Both the position numbers and the translations under genes were made by a program. Below, in pieces: positions 12,174 to 24,841 of a stretch of DNA of 64,000 bases (its first letter is position 1; every line of letters begins with the position of its first letter). The DNA is taken from contig OZ024743.1 in NCBI GenBank assembly GCA_964016885.1, positions 18,538,001-18,602,000 on the forward strand, in the 5' to 3' direction. Source of the stretch: Eledone cirrhosa (lineage: Eukaryota). The notes under the pieces were generated by a model. That model was given only the letters and a program-made list of their open reading frames with translations, did not search any database and was not told the origin of the DNA.

Positions 12174-12458
12174 AATAAACGAAGCTAAATTTTAATCATT
12201 TGACTTTTTATTTAACTTTATTTTACACTACTCCGGAGTAACCAAACCAACCTGCGCACTTCGTCGAGTGCTCGATCCTGCATACTGTGGTGTTGGTATA
12301 CAACCAACATAAACTCGAAATCTATATATATATATATATATATATAGAAAGGATGAATATAAAATGAAAGTGCTTTTGTTAAAAAAGGAATTTATTAGGT
12401 ATTGACATATGTTTCTGTAACAGACCGATATATTATCACTACATTATTGATAACCTGA

Positions 12459-12489
<31 letters not shown>

Positions 12490-12601
12490 AAGTAATAATA
12501 ATAAATTTGAAGACTAAAATCCAAAGAGGGCTCGATAAGGATAAATATATATCAAATATATAAGAACCGTAGAGCAAATATTTATTAAAATAACAGATTA
12601 A

Positions 12602-12652
12602 AGTTTAAGCAAAGAATCGCTGCTTTCACCCTTAACGTGATCTTCTGAAACT
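12602..12652 (-). ncRNA. Hammerhead-like motif with CAGAAGA core, family H
   Basis: AGTTT-CAGAAGA-TCAC-GTTAA-GGGT-GAAA-GCAG...TTGC-TT-AAACT. Confidence 0.55.
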
Positions 12653-14847
12653 AACAAAGTCAATCTGTAAATGCAGAACTGGATATTTCAAAAAACGGTG
12701 TAACGGGAGGAAGACAGGAAGACGATACTTTGGTTCGTGGAAACGTTCGCTGGTGAAGAACGGGAAAAGACGAATAATACGTCATTAATAGGAACGGTGA
12801 AAAACATTTACGCGCAAAGACAGAACCACGTTTATGGTATAAAAGTGGTCCTAGACTAATGTTCTCTTAGGTGGTGCATAGAGACGTCCTCTGGCAATGA
12901 ACGAAAAAACGAAGATAATACGTCATATGTGGAGCGTGGAGAACAATAGCACGCAAAGACAAAACCACGTAAATGGTATAGCAGAAGTCGTAGACTAAAA
13001 TTCTAACTAGGAGACCAAATGAATCTCCGCTACAGAGTTAAGAACAAAGTAAATAAATACAATACAGAAGTAATAAATAAATACATACACGCAAACAAAA
13101 ACGGACATACACAAGCATACGCAAAACCTTACCATAGGTATACAAAACCACGCACATATAAATATGTGTGTGTGTGTATGCGTGTATACAAATAAATAAA
13201 TAATTATATAAACGTATATAAATAAATAAATACGTATATAACAAGCGCACACACATACCTACATATAAATACACGAATGTTCGGAGACGTAAGTCAACTA
13301 AAACAAGAAGTACACATATACACACACCCACCATACGTACGAACCTACATAATAACACAGACGCAAAAACTCCCGTATACACATAGCCAAACCCTATGTA
13401 CCAGAATATATAAAATTATACGCCATAGCAATCAAATATACGTACGAGAAGGTATACGTACCTTCACAAAACATACGGGTAGTATATACTTACCTATGCA
13501 AATAAGTAAAGGAATAAACAAAACATATTATTAGCTCCCACATCAAGACGTAAAATATCCACGTATAGATCGTACTATCCGTTAGGGTATAACGTGGGGC
13601 TGTAATACAGGAAGGTTTTGTGCAATTTATGGTTACAAGCCGAAACTGCCTCAGATTTTTTGTTTAAGATATGGTCTGCGGCGTAGAGTATGTCCAGGGC
13701 CTCAGCGGTCACATGGTCTTTTATTTCCGTTATACGATCTAGCCCTAGCTAGGATCTCCCAGTGTAACTTATATTGGGTGTGGTTATCTTTTAGACTCAA
13801 GATATACTCTACGCCGCAGACCACATCTTAAACAAAAAATCTGAGGCAGTTTCGGCTTGTAAACATAAATTGCACAAAACTTTCCTGTATTACAGCCCCA
13901 CGTTATACCCTAACGGATAGTACAAATCTATACGTGGATATTTTACGTCTTGATGTGGGAGCTAAGTATATGTTTTATTTATTCCTTTACTTATTTGCAT
14001 AGGTAAGTATATACTACCCGTATGTTTTGTGAAGGTACGTATACCTTCTCGTACGTATATTTGATTGCTATGGCGTATAATTTTAAATATTCTGGTACAT
14101 AGGGTTTGGCTATGTGTATACGGGAGTTTTTTCGTCTGTGTGATTATGTAGGTTCGTACGTATGGTGGGTGTGTGTATATGTGTACTTCTTGTTTTAGTT
14201 GACTTACGTCTCCGAACATTCGTGTATTTATATGTAGGTATGGGTGTGCGCTTGTTATATACGTATTTATTTATTTATATACGTTTATATAATTAATTAT
14301 TTATTTATTTGTATACACGCATACACACACACACATATTTATATGTGCGTGGTTTTGTATACCTATGGTAAGGTTTTGCGTATGCTTGTGTATGTACGTT
14401 TTAGTTTGCGTGTATGTATTTATTTATTACTTCTTTATTGTATTTATTTACTTTTTTCTTAACTCTGTAGCGGAGATTCATTTGGTCTCCTAGTTAGAAT
14501 TTTAGTCTATGACTTCTGCTATACCTTTTACGTGGTTTTGTCTTTGCGTGCTATTGTTCTCCACGCTCCACATATGACGTATTATCTTCGTTTTTTCGGT
14601 CATTGCCTGAGAACGTCTCTATGCACCACCTTAGAGAACATTAGTCTACGACCTCTTTTATAGCATAAACGTGGTTCTGTCTTTGCGCGTAAATGTTTTT
14701 CACCGCTCCTATTAATGACGTATTATTCGTCTTTTCCCGTTCTTCGCCAGCGAACGTTTCCACGAATCAGAGTATCGTCTTCCTCTCTTCCTCCGGTTGC
14801 AACGTTTTTTGAAATATCCAGTTCTGCGTTTACAGATTAACTTTGTT

Positions 14848-14898
14848 AGTTTCAGAAGATCTCGTTAAGGGCGAAAGCAGCGATTTTTTACTTACACT
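14848..14898 (+). ncRNA. Hammerhead-like motif family H, more degenerate
   Basis: AGTTT-CAGAAGA-TCTC-GTTAA-GGGC-GAAA-GCAG...; mismatches in stems I and III. Confidence 0.45.
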
Positions 14899-14941
14899 TT
14901 AATCTGTTATTTTAATAAATATATATATATATATATGTATA

Positions 14942-14995
<54 letters not shown>

Positions 14996-15583
14996 AAAAC
15001 GAAAAATCAGTAATGCATCTGGACCTAATTTATTATGTGTTACAATTGTTTGGCCGGCAGATAGCTCGAGACATGGTCCCTGTATGGATCTGGCTGATTG
15101 TACGGCTGTAGGTTCTTTCAGACACGGGTAGTTCGTTTGGAGAAGATGTTATAACTGGGGTGTTATCATCAAGAAACACCTTCAAAAAACCTCTTCCACT
15201 CTTGTCATGACATAGGCTGTTGTTACTCCACGTCATCTTAAGCTCTGGTCACTATTTACTGCTACACGGGTCCTCAGCCATTTTCCGTCCGACACACTTC
15301 AATGAAGTCATGCTGAGTTCGGTATCTCACTTGTCTGTTCACATATATATATATATAAATTACACATGTATCAGAGTTATGTTCAAATCATTTAATCCTT
15401 GACAATTGTTTCTTCCAAACTTTAGTTTGGAGTCATCGGAGCATTATCAATGTTTATACATATAATTAACCTCCTATTCAACTGAACAATCATATATATA
15501 CATATATATTGATGGTCTGAACAACGGTTTAGTATTTACAGGGTATAATTGATATGACATATATTATACGAGAATTGTACAAT

Positions 15584-15625
15584 AATTAAAATTAAAATTA
15601 AAATTAAAATTAAAATTAAAATTAA
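15584..15625. repeat. (AAATT)n pentanucleotide microsatellite
   Basis: About 8 tandem units. Confidence 0.9.
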
Positions 15626-16857
15626 AAGTACAGAGTGGAATACATGCGACAGATAATACAAGAGAAAAGTCTAATAATTAAAGATACAATTTTAATGAAG
15701 TACATATTCAAGCGTGTAGAGAATGCACATGCGTTAGTCATATATATGATAAGGAAACAAGCAAAGGTATATATGAATACTGTATGGCAAGGTATTACAT
15801 AAAATACAAGCACTTTAAGCGAATATGTTAGTGTATTATGGAGGATGCAATGCGAAGATAGTTTCTGTAGAGTTCAAATTTGTATGTGTGTAGAATATGA
15901 AAGTTGCTGATTTCCGATCCATTACATATGCTAAGTTATATTTTAGTTAATGTTTGTATTGAATGTTTTTAGTTAATTATAATAATAGATTGTAACTTGG
16001 ACTTATTGTATTCATAATCATGGATTAGAGTTGTTCTACAGCGAGAGTTTCCAACAGTTTAATATCCGAAAGTGGATATGAGATAAAACATTAAGGGAAT
16101 CTAATGCATAAGGGGAGGTAACTAGCTCATTACATAATTTAAATTGTTTGCTCTAATAGACATTATATAGTGTCACAATTGATCCCCTTTACATAATGTT
16201 ATATATTTATATTGTTATACTTTGGGAGGGTCATGATTTCAGATAAAGATTTGAATTCCTCACCACCATTAACACTTCACCTCTAACATACGTTTTCAGA
16301 TAAAGAATCTTGCTAAACAAATTCAGAAACGAAATACATATTTATATTTAATTTTAAATACAGTCTACTCTCTCATAATATATTAAAGGTTTCATTAGAT
16401 TGTTATCTACCCAATACTAGGCAAGATATGGAACAATGTATAGCTGTTTACATGTTAAATTACATAAATCCCTTATGTTAATACATTAATCCTTTATATG
16501 CAATGTTATTAATCCATACATTTAATTATAAATGTATATATAATTAATTGTCACATATTACATTTAATGTCTATACATATTATATATCAATTACTGTATA
16601 CATTATAAGTAATCTTAAGTATTTATATTTAAAGGTGGTGACTAGATGTTTATTTCTAATAGTTATTGTAGAGTATTATGTTAGAGATAAATAGGATTTG
16701 TGTAGAGGAAAGAGCAGCTCAAAGAGGGTGATGCTGTGGGCGAAGAAAAGTCTTAGAGGTGAAGTGTTAATGGTGGTGAGGAATTCAAATCTGACATTGT
16801 TATATACTAGCGGCTAGGTTTAAAGCTATGGAAAGAGTGTCGGGTGTGGTGCTGGCA

Positions 16858-17850
16858 CTAGGAAAACATCTCTGACTTTTTATTTAGGAGGTTTAGTTTC
16901 GAAAACATTATAGTACGGGTCTCTAGAAGACAGAGGTTACGAAATGTATTCGGTGGTTTATACGATGAAGCCCTACCTACTACTTCCCATTGAAGTGTAT
17001 ATAGTCTATTCCTAGTTTTCAGAGAGCGTGTGTAGCTACATAGTGAAGTGGAGTTTGCTAGATTGTGTTTTGTTAAAGAGTGGAGGTGCGAGTTGTATCT
17101 CGTCTTGAAGCAGTTCGAAGTAGAGCCAATATATGTTTTAGGAGAGTTGTTTGTGTTGACCGTGCAGGAGTAAATGATGTCTTTGATTAAGAAAGTATTA
17201 CCTAATGGGAAAGTTCTATTTGATCTACAGTTACATTTATTTTGGATGTTATCTTGCCGGTTATTATGTTGTGTAGAAGTATGGTTGTTATGGATAGCAT
17301 TAGGGTAATAATGGTTGTCGTTCCTATTGTTATTGATTTCATTAGTGTTATTACTATTATTACTATTGCTACTAGGGTTTGCAGGTATTATGTTGTTCTG
17401 TAAGTTTACCTCTTGTTGTGTTTTAATTAGTTGGAAATAATTATTAATCTTCCTTTTATTACTACTGGCTATATGGTATGCGATGTTAGGTGTAGTAGAG
17501 TCAGATATGTTAATGGTGTTTTTATTTATAACATTATGGTATTTATGGCCAGATGGGAAGTTTTTTTCTAGGATTGAGAAGAAAGCCTTAGGCAAGTTGG
17601 TAGAGACGTTTAGATTGAAAGGGGTATTGAAGAATATATTAGTTCTTCTTTTTCTCATGGCAGTATTGTGAGAAATAATGATGTAACTATTTGATTTTAT
17701 AGGTAAGAATTCAATCCAATTGTTATGGCCTGATTTAGCTAATGCCTGATTATAGTATTGGGAATTATTGTTAAATATGGATTCGTTATATGATAGATTA
17801 GAGATTCTATGAGATATTCCTTTAGTGATTGAGTTTAATATGGATTTAGG
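16858..17850 (-). pseudogene. PLE ORF fragment: RT thumb/linker plus GIY-YIG endonuclease
   Basis: ORF 16858-17658: FFNTPFN, KCNCR, IIYSCTV...TYIGST..CFKTRYNSH, LQWEVV, LCLLE, LLNKKSE; upstream thumb-like RISNLSY frame. Confidence 0.85.
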
Positions 17851-18239
17851 GCGTTTCTACTATCTAGTTAATCAAACTGTGACGGGTAAAAACAGCTTTC
17901 CACTGACCGGATAGTGGAATTATCGTTCGTTTCTTAAACCTGCCGCAAATAAACATAACACATAACATTTTAGAGACCTCTGTTAGTAAATTTGAATTAC
18001 TCATTTAACATTTTAATTATAATTATTGTGTTATTTGATTTTTTATATGTCCAATAATTGTTGATGTTCTGGTTGGAGTATTGCGAAACAATCATAGATG
18101 AAATACCTTCACACAATTATTGAATTGGACACGCGCCTATGTTTTATATGTTAACCGCGGCTGAAGTATCAACATCACAATAGGCGCCCTGGCTATATTG
18201 TGGTGTAAATGAATCCCATATTCTCTAGCGGCAAGATAA

Positions 18240-18560
18240 TGCAGTCAGCGACTAACCCAGGCTCTGCTGCATTTCGGGCTAAGGGGGTAAACTCTCCAAA
18301 TATGAGTCACTCTCCGACAGCGTTTCATTCGACCCCGTAACAGAGGAGACTCCTGGTGTCCCTGGCCCCAGGGCTAACTCCCTATTCACCACCATTGGCT
18401 AGAGGCAGTTGTGAGCCTTGCAATCTAGAATGGCTATTCCAGCGCATCTCCCTCACCATCGTCCGGGGAAACGCATTCTCTATTATCTATGTAGAGGCCG
18501 TGAGTCGTCCAGCGCGTGAGACCCCATTGGCTCATAATAGTGAAAAATGGGGTGGGCGTG
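18240..18560 (+). pseudogene. 3' relic of a CRE-like (RLE) non-LTR retrotransposon
   Basis: SATNPGSAA..A...KY......FDPVTEETPG and EWLFQRISLTIVRGNAFSI resemble the CRE C-terminal LFQR.S..(I/V).RGNA signature. Confidence 0.65.
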
Positions 18561-19297
18561 AAATACGGTGTTGATAACAATGAGAGATGTGTTCCTCTGT
18601 GTAGGGATCTGGTGTACATATGTGTATAATTTTACATCTATTTAGCATAATTTGTAGGTGAAATTATATATTTATTCTAACACGTCGAAGATTATCACCT
18701 ATTCGACCACATATAGTAACCTCTTGTTGAAAATCTGATTATTGGGCGGATGTAATTTTTCTGGTAGCGACATTCAAATCTCTGATAGTGACACGAAAGA
18801 ATGTACATATCGGTAGGAACAAATGTAGCTTTAATAGACTAATCTATACATTCAGGTTTATGAATAAATAAAAGAGGAAAACGGAAGAAGACAACTGTTA
18901 TGCTGAGCATTTCGATATTGACTAATTAGTAATCGATTGAACTATATTACGCCGAGTAGTATAATACAAATTATGTTATGCACTACACTGAATTTCTATA
19001 TCAAAGTCCCAAAAGAAATCGTTACCTCTGATATATTATACAAAACAAAAGTGAATAATGCTAAATTTTCTCCTTGAAACAAATATACATGTTTTTATCT
19101 TGGATGTAACTAAACAAAAACATAGATATTTGCAAAATACCACCTCCCAACACTTAACCTTATTATATTATCTACTCCAGGGATAATCTTCTAATAATAA
19201 AAATGTTGTCATATTTAAGACAATACACACACACATACACACACAGACGCACACACACACACAGGCACGCACACACACTCACACACATATGTATATA

Positions 19298-19356
<59 letters not shown>

Positions 19357-19464
19357 TATATATATAGAGAGACATAGAGTGAGAGCGTATATGTGAATAT
19401 ATATATATATATACACATATATACACTCTCCCTCTCTCTCCCTCTCTCTCTCCCTCTCTCTCTC

Positions 19465-19516
<52 letters not shown>

Positions 19517-20379
19517 GAGAGAGAGACGATGAAATGATTGTACATTTTGTGTGTGTGCGTGTGTGCATGTGTGTGTTTGTTAGATTGAAGTGGTTATATT
19601 CAATACCCTCATATACCCGCGTTTGGAAATGCATTCATTGATTCACACTATATAAAGGAATAGCATAACATATTTTCTCTTTGTTAAAATAGACTATGTA
19701 ACTTCATACACTATTCAGATCTTGAATGGTCTTGTGGCACATTTATATTCAGTAATAGTATTTTTGCCGACTAATCAAATTACGAGAACCTCTCCACATT
19801 GATCTTCAAATTATAATACGCCAGTTCTACCTTGAGAACACTGAATCATGCAAATTGCATTAATTTCCTTCATATGGAACATTTTTTCATTCTTTGAAGA
19901 AGCAGTATACATTGTTTGTGGGTACATAACTATTAATTTACAATGCGGTAGTATGCATATAATTATAACCTGCATTCCATATCGATTCTTTCGTGTTTTC
20001 ATACTTCAGATTCACAATTTCCTTTTAACGTTGCAATATACTTTACTTGCGAATAAATCATGAAAGCATATCTCAGTATTTTATGAGCATAATAGATGTA
20101 TTGTTATTTCTATGGTAATATTCTTAGTATTCAGTGCCAATAATGCGTTTGAAACAAGTGCGAAAAGCTAAAGGGAGCAGTTAAAAAATAAGCTGATATA
20201 TGTTACTATATCTGAGGATATAGCAACAAAGATCACTCATTCTTTCTATTCCTTCACAATTGTACCAGTAAACTTAGCACTCCCGCTTTCCTCTCTTTAT
20301 ATATATATATACTCACATACTCACACACAACCTCACAGACACATAGACACACATACATATATATGTATATATATACACA

Positions 20380-20466
<87 letters not shown>

Positions 20467-21380
20467 CAGAGAGTGTATGTGTATGTGTGTGTGTTTATCC
20501 CTATCTATTTACGTTTACTCATTCGTTACTCAAACAAGAATAAGCTGCAAATTATATCCCTTTTCGAATAAGAATTTTCGGTTGGCTAGGCTCCTCTGCG
20601 TATAGAGTGAATATGACGGGCTATGGTTCATTAGTAACATAACAATATGAGTATCATAGTAGATCTGTATCTGAAGACATAGTAGATGCACATAAAATAT
20701 ATGGCTTAATATACATGTCTGATATATATCTATATTTATAACCTATACGTACATATTCATATGTATATATGTGTTTATGAGTGTGTGTGTACGTCGGATT
20801 ACTTACATTTATATATCAAATGTGCTGGGGTGAGAAATAAAATTATAATTTTATTTTCATTATTCGGCATGATCAACAGTAACCCGCTCGGTATGCAAAT
20901 GAGTCTACTCACCCGATATAGAAAATACAATGTATGTTCAAATATTCAACAGACTGGCAGAGGTATACAGTCTTCATGAAGGATAATGACCCAGAAACAA
21001 ATTTCAATAATATTAAGACATCCTAATGGGGGTTAAACCCCCTATAGACAAAACCCTGGAAGTCCATAACATGAGTATTGGAACTTTGAATTTCTAACTT
21101 GAAAATAATGGTTTACACAAAAATGAAATGATCAATTGAAGTGATATCTTGCAAAACATTATTTACAAGAAACAAAATAAGAAAACGATTTAATAATGTA
21201 ATATTGATTTGATATATTACAAAAAATAATGTTTTCGAATTTTTTCTGAGTTACATTTTACATTGAGTAATTTTGAAATGCGGAGTTTTTCTCCATAAAT
21301 TATATCACTGATTTAAAATCAATCATCATTTTCTTACAAAAGAATGTGTCAAGCGCAGCAATGAGCGGGTAATTCGGTTA

Positions 21381-21440
<60 letters not shown>

Positions 21441-21665
21441 GGGATAACAAATTATTGTTATAGGGAGTCCACTTAGATGTAGTCCAGTTAGGGTACTCCG
21501 AGTAGTGGATAGTATTAACGCTTGGCTAAGTTTGATTCAACAAGACGTTTCAATAGTGATGCTGCGAGTACGCGGTGATTTCTATGTAGTTTACACTTGG
21601 AGTAATAATAAATCAAGAAAGAAGAGTGACATGGTTTGCTATACAATAAGGGCTTGATTCACATT

Positions 21666-21770
21666 GCTGACAATGGTTTCTCTGAGCTGGTCGGTCTAGA
21701 GATCGCTACCCGCCTGTTTTTGCGTCAATCGATGCCAATACTTTGTTATAACCAGTCAATTCATCAGAGC
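21666..21770 (-). ncRNA. Type I hammerhead ribozyme with large stem II insertion, family I
   Basis: GCT-CTGATGA-ATTGACTGGT...ACCAGCTCAGA-GAAA-CCATTG-TC-AGC; GUC triplet; lies in a (TA)n-bounded segment ~21440-22156. Confidence 0.65.
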
Positions 21771-22154
21771 GTGCGAGAATGGAGGGAATACACAGGCATG
21801 GCTTCTATATTTAGTAGTGGCATTAAATCAGAACAATAATAACAATACTAACAATACTAGCAATACTACAATAGATTAGCTAGACACTAAATATTTAAAA
21901 TAATCACAACATCAATCTAAGTAAGGCATAGAGTATACTGATGACTTTAGCAGGTAAAACGAGCTGATACGAAGCAGATGTATGATATTGACATGTATAA
22001 GCTGTCATGGGTGTATTACATATAGTGTAGAGATAATCTGGGCTTGAAACAATTGACCATTTACTTTACAGTAGGTTTGCTGAGCGTAATAATTATTTCT
22101 TACGGTATGTCTTCCTGCAAGGTAAAACGTTGCAACCGAAGGACAACAGGAATA

Positions 22155-22205
<51 letters not shown>

Positions 22206-22334
22206 CGGGGATTCGAACTTATGCACATATAATGAGTTGGATTGATGTCCGATAACATAGGAATTGAAGAGTGCAAAGCCAAATTTGATACTAGATCACC
22301 ATACATTATATATATATATATATTTATATATATA

Positions 22335-23022
22335 AAAGAAAATAAGAAAATAAGAAAATTTAAAAAAAAATTTTAAAGAATTAACTTACTTACTTAAATT
22401 TTCACTCCAACTAATTAGTTTCTGCAATGGGATAAAGACAGTTACGTAATGAACTGTTGAGAATTTCGTTGCGTCATCAGGGAGGTCTATTCTCAGCCAA
22501 GTCTCCAGGCAATGCGCGGACACTGGGGACTCATATAAAAATAATAATAATTCGGTAAATGGAACAGCTATCGAAGACTGGATTCCAGGCACTGAAAATT
22601 CTCACTGCCACTGGTCAAATGGCCGATTATTAAGAATCAATCACGTGACACAGAGGCTAGTCAGTAGGAATGGGATGGTAAGATGACAGACGCCTACTAA
22701 CACCTCCAACAAAATTTAGTAGTGGTTTTGGCAGGTTTGCTCGACAAATCAGTGATTTGGAGATAAATATAGATAATTTAATATATCTACTAACATAAGC
22801 ACACAGATGTACGCCAATGCCAGTAATACACAGGTTATGTCATAGTACCTAGGTGGTTCAATGCAGGAGGATGCAGAACAATAATATAAAACGTAAAATA
22901 AGAAAATTTAAAAAAATGTTTAAGAATTAACTTACTTACTTAAATTTAAGTAAGTAAGTTAATTCTTTAAAATTTTTTTAAATAATTTTCTTATTTTACG
23001 TCTTTTATATTATTGTTTCGTA
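22335..23022 (-). mobile_element. Diverged subfamily of the family B element (~550-bp monomer, >1 unit, fold-back at ~22945)
   Basis: Colinear similarity to 2390-2950; terminal palindrome around 22945. Confidence 0.8.
22404..22485 (-). ncRNA. Type I hammerhead ribozyme, family B2
   Basis: CTCC-CTGATGA-C-GCAA...TTGC-A-GAAA-CTAATTAG-TT-GGAG; compensatory stem changes relative to family B. Confidence 0.82.
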
Positions 23023-23129
23023 ACTTTAAGCTGTTTTAAAGTATCATTTTTTTAATTTTATTTTCGTTAACGAAGCATGAGGTACCCACCTTGGTTCCAA
23101 GGTAGGGAGACCTCTCAATATTCGAGCTT

Positions 23130-24810
23130 TACAACAACAAAGACAATAACGACAGCCTCAATGTAAACACGGATTTCGGTGGCAACAGCAACAACAAACA
23201 AAACAACAACAACAACACCAACAACATCAACAAGAACGACAACACCAACAACAAGAGCAACAGAGGCACCCGCTTTGCAGCGGCAGCAGCGAAGGCAAAG
23301 CGCTTATTGAATGTTGATATTAGCCATAAAGACGAACAGTTGGCCAAGGCGTGGAGGTTAATTAAACGGGAGAAGTCCTGGGCAAACCTGACCATCCCGG
23401 ACGGAGCAATAGCGGCCACGCAAAGGAGGACGGTGCTCTTTCGATGCATTTCAGTGCAGACACGCAAAGTGGAACTTGCCAGGCAAGCCGAGGTCGAGGC
23501 TGCTTCGAAGTGCATCGGAAGTGACATAGAGTTAAAGCAAGGGCCAAGCAGTTCGATACCATCTCGGTACTGTTCAAAACCGAGGCACTTGCTATTAAGC
23601 ACTCGGTGACCCCTTGCAGAATGGAACGCATTATCATGCACCTGTCCTACATGGGTAAAAGGACAGTAAAGGTCCGCATTCCCAGGATCCCACCAGGAAT
23701 GAAGATATGGTGGCTCCTGGGATGGGACAGACACCACCCTCCTGGACATCAAAAGGACAGAGAGAGAAGACTGGTCCGGAATGGATTTGGAGATTTCTAT
23801 CCAAATGAAACCAGATGACATCAGCAACATACCGGATTTTCCCGCCTGCAGGACGGGACAACAATCCAATCAATCACTGAGGGTGGAAGGCCGCACTGCT
23901 TCGTCTGCGGGGAAGCAACGCATCTGCAAGGCTTCTGCCATCAGCTCAAAAATGCAGGGGGTCGCAAACCTCATTTGTTGTCAACACGAGTGTCAGTACA
24001 GAAAGCTGCACCACCACACACCACCGCCACCAAAAATGACACGGTTAACCCAACCAACATCATAAACAGTCGGACCGCCACCCGCTCCGTAACAAATCCA
24101 AGGGGAAATCGAGGAAAGCTCTCCCACTCCCCTTACCCTTGCAATTATACACATAGACAAAACAATAAATGCACACACAGACACAGATACACTCACAGCC
24201 ACAGAACCTTTGTCTTCCAGCTGTGAAGATGAAGGCAAACCCAAAAGTGCCAAAAAACAAAAGAGAAAACTCACCAAATAAATAAAACACAAAAACATAC
24301 ACAACAAAAAATACAGACCACTAACGCAAACACTTCCCCAATAACATCAACACCAACATCAACATCATCACAACCCCCACAATCCCCGAAACGCAAACAA
24401 CCTAAACAAACACAAGAACAAATAAACAAACGGACACCTGAAATTGCAGACACCAAACCTACAACAAACACAGACATACCCGAAACAACACCACCAAAAC
24501 CATCACCAACATAGTCACCAAAACGAAAATAAATAAAACTACAACAACAAAACATTAAAAACTTCGTTCTTGTCAGAAGGGGCAACGATAAATTGATGGC
24601 CCTCTTAGCACAAAGCGAGGACATCCAAACAGAGGGGGAAATCTTTGAATTCAACACATTTTTCGCGCCAGAAGATTTGCTTCTGGTGCGAAGGTCGCTC
24701 AATTCCTACAAAGAAATTTGAGGGAGCTTTCCTCAAGACGTGGGATCTCCGAACGTAAAACTCACATCAAGACTTTTAAAGGGGTTCCCAAAAGACCCCG
24801 GGGGGTAAAT
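23130..24810 (+). pseudogene. Tx1 ORF1 (gag-like, CCHC knuckle), disrupted
   Basis: CFVCGEATHLQGFC at ~23896-23937; T/P/Q-rich linkers; homologous to 53780-55785. Confidence 0.7.
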
Positions 24811-24841
24811 AAACCTTCCCTCTCTCTTTTATCTTGCCAAC

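Larger units (their letters stand above)
11808..12322. mobile_element. Family D element as an inverted pair around a perfect 60-bp palindrome
   Basis: 11810-11973 is the reverse complement of 12061-12223; palindrome at 11974-12033; (TA)n on both sides. Confidence 0.85.
12490..14922. mobile_element. 5'-truncated PLE with ~1.1-kb inverted duplication (GIY-YIG C-terminus plus 3' UTR), in (TA)n
   Basis: 12577-13691 is the reverse complement of 13803-14922; 13530-13800 matches the GIY-YIG ORF end at 29080-29360. Confidence 0.88.

Noticed and set aside
12398-12460. GAAACATATGTC-AATAC on minus (HHR 3' half); similar halves at ~305-335 and ~36490-36530
   Set aside because: The CUGANGA half is missing (truncated), so these are not counted as ribozymes
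15037-15127. HHR-like GTGT-CTGAAAGA...CAAA-CAATTG-TA-ACAC on minus
   Set aside because: Core insertion plus G12 loss and weak stem II; at best a dead relic
21350-21382. Possible Helitron 3' end (GC-rich patch then TTAGT)
   Set aside because: The hairpin is weak, the end is not CTRR, and no 5' end or second copy was seen
22201-22226. B-box-like GTTCGAATC motif, also at ~29938
   Set aside because: No A box or cloverleaf; not a tRNA gene, only a short shared repeat end
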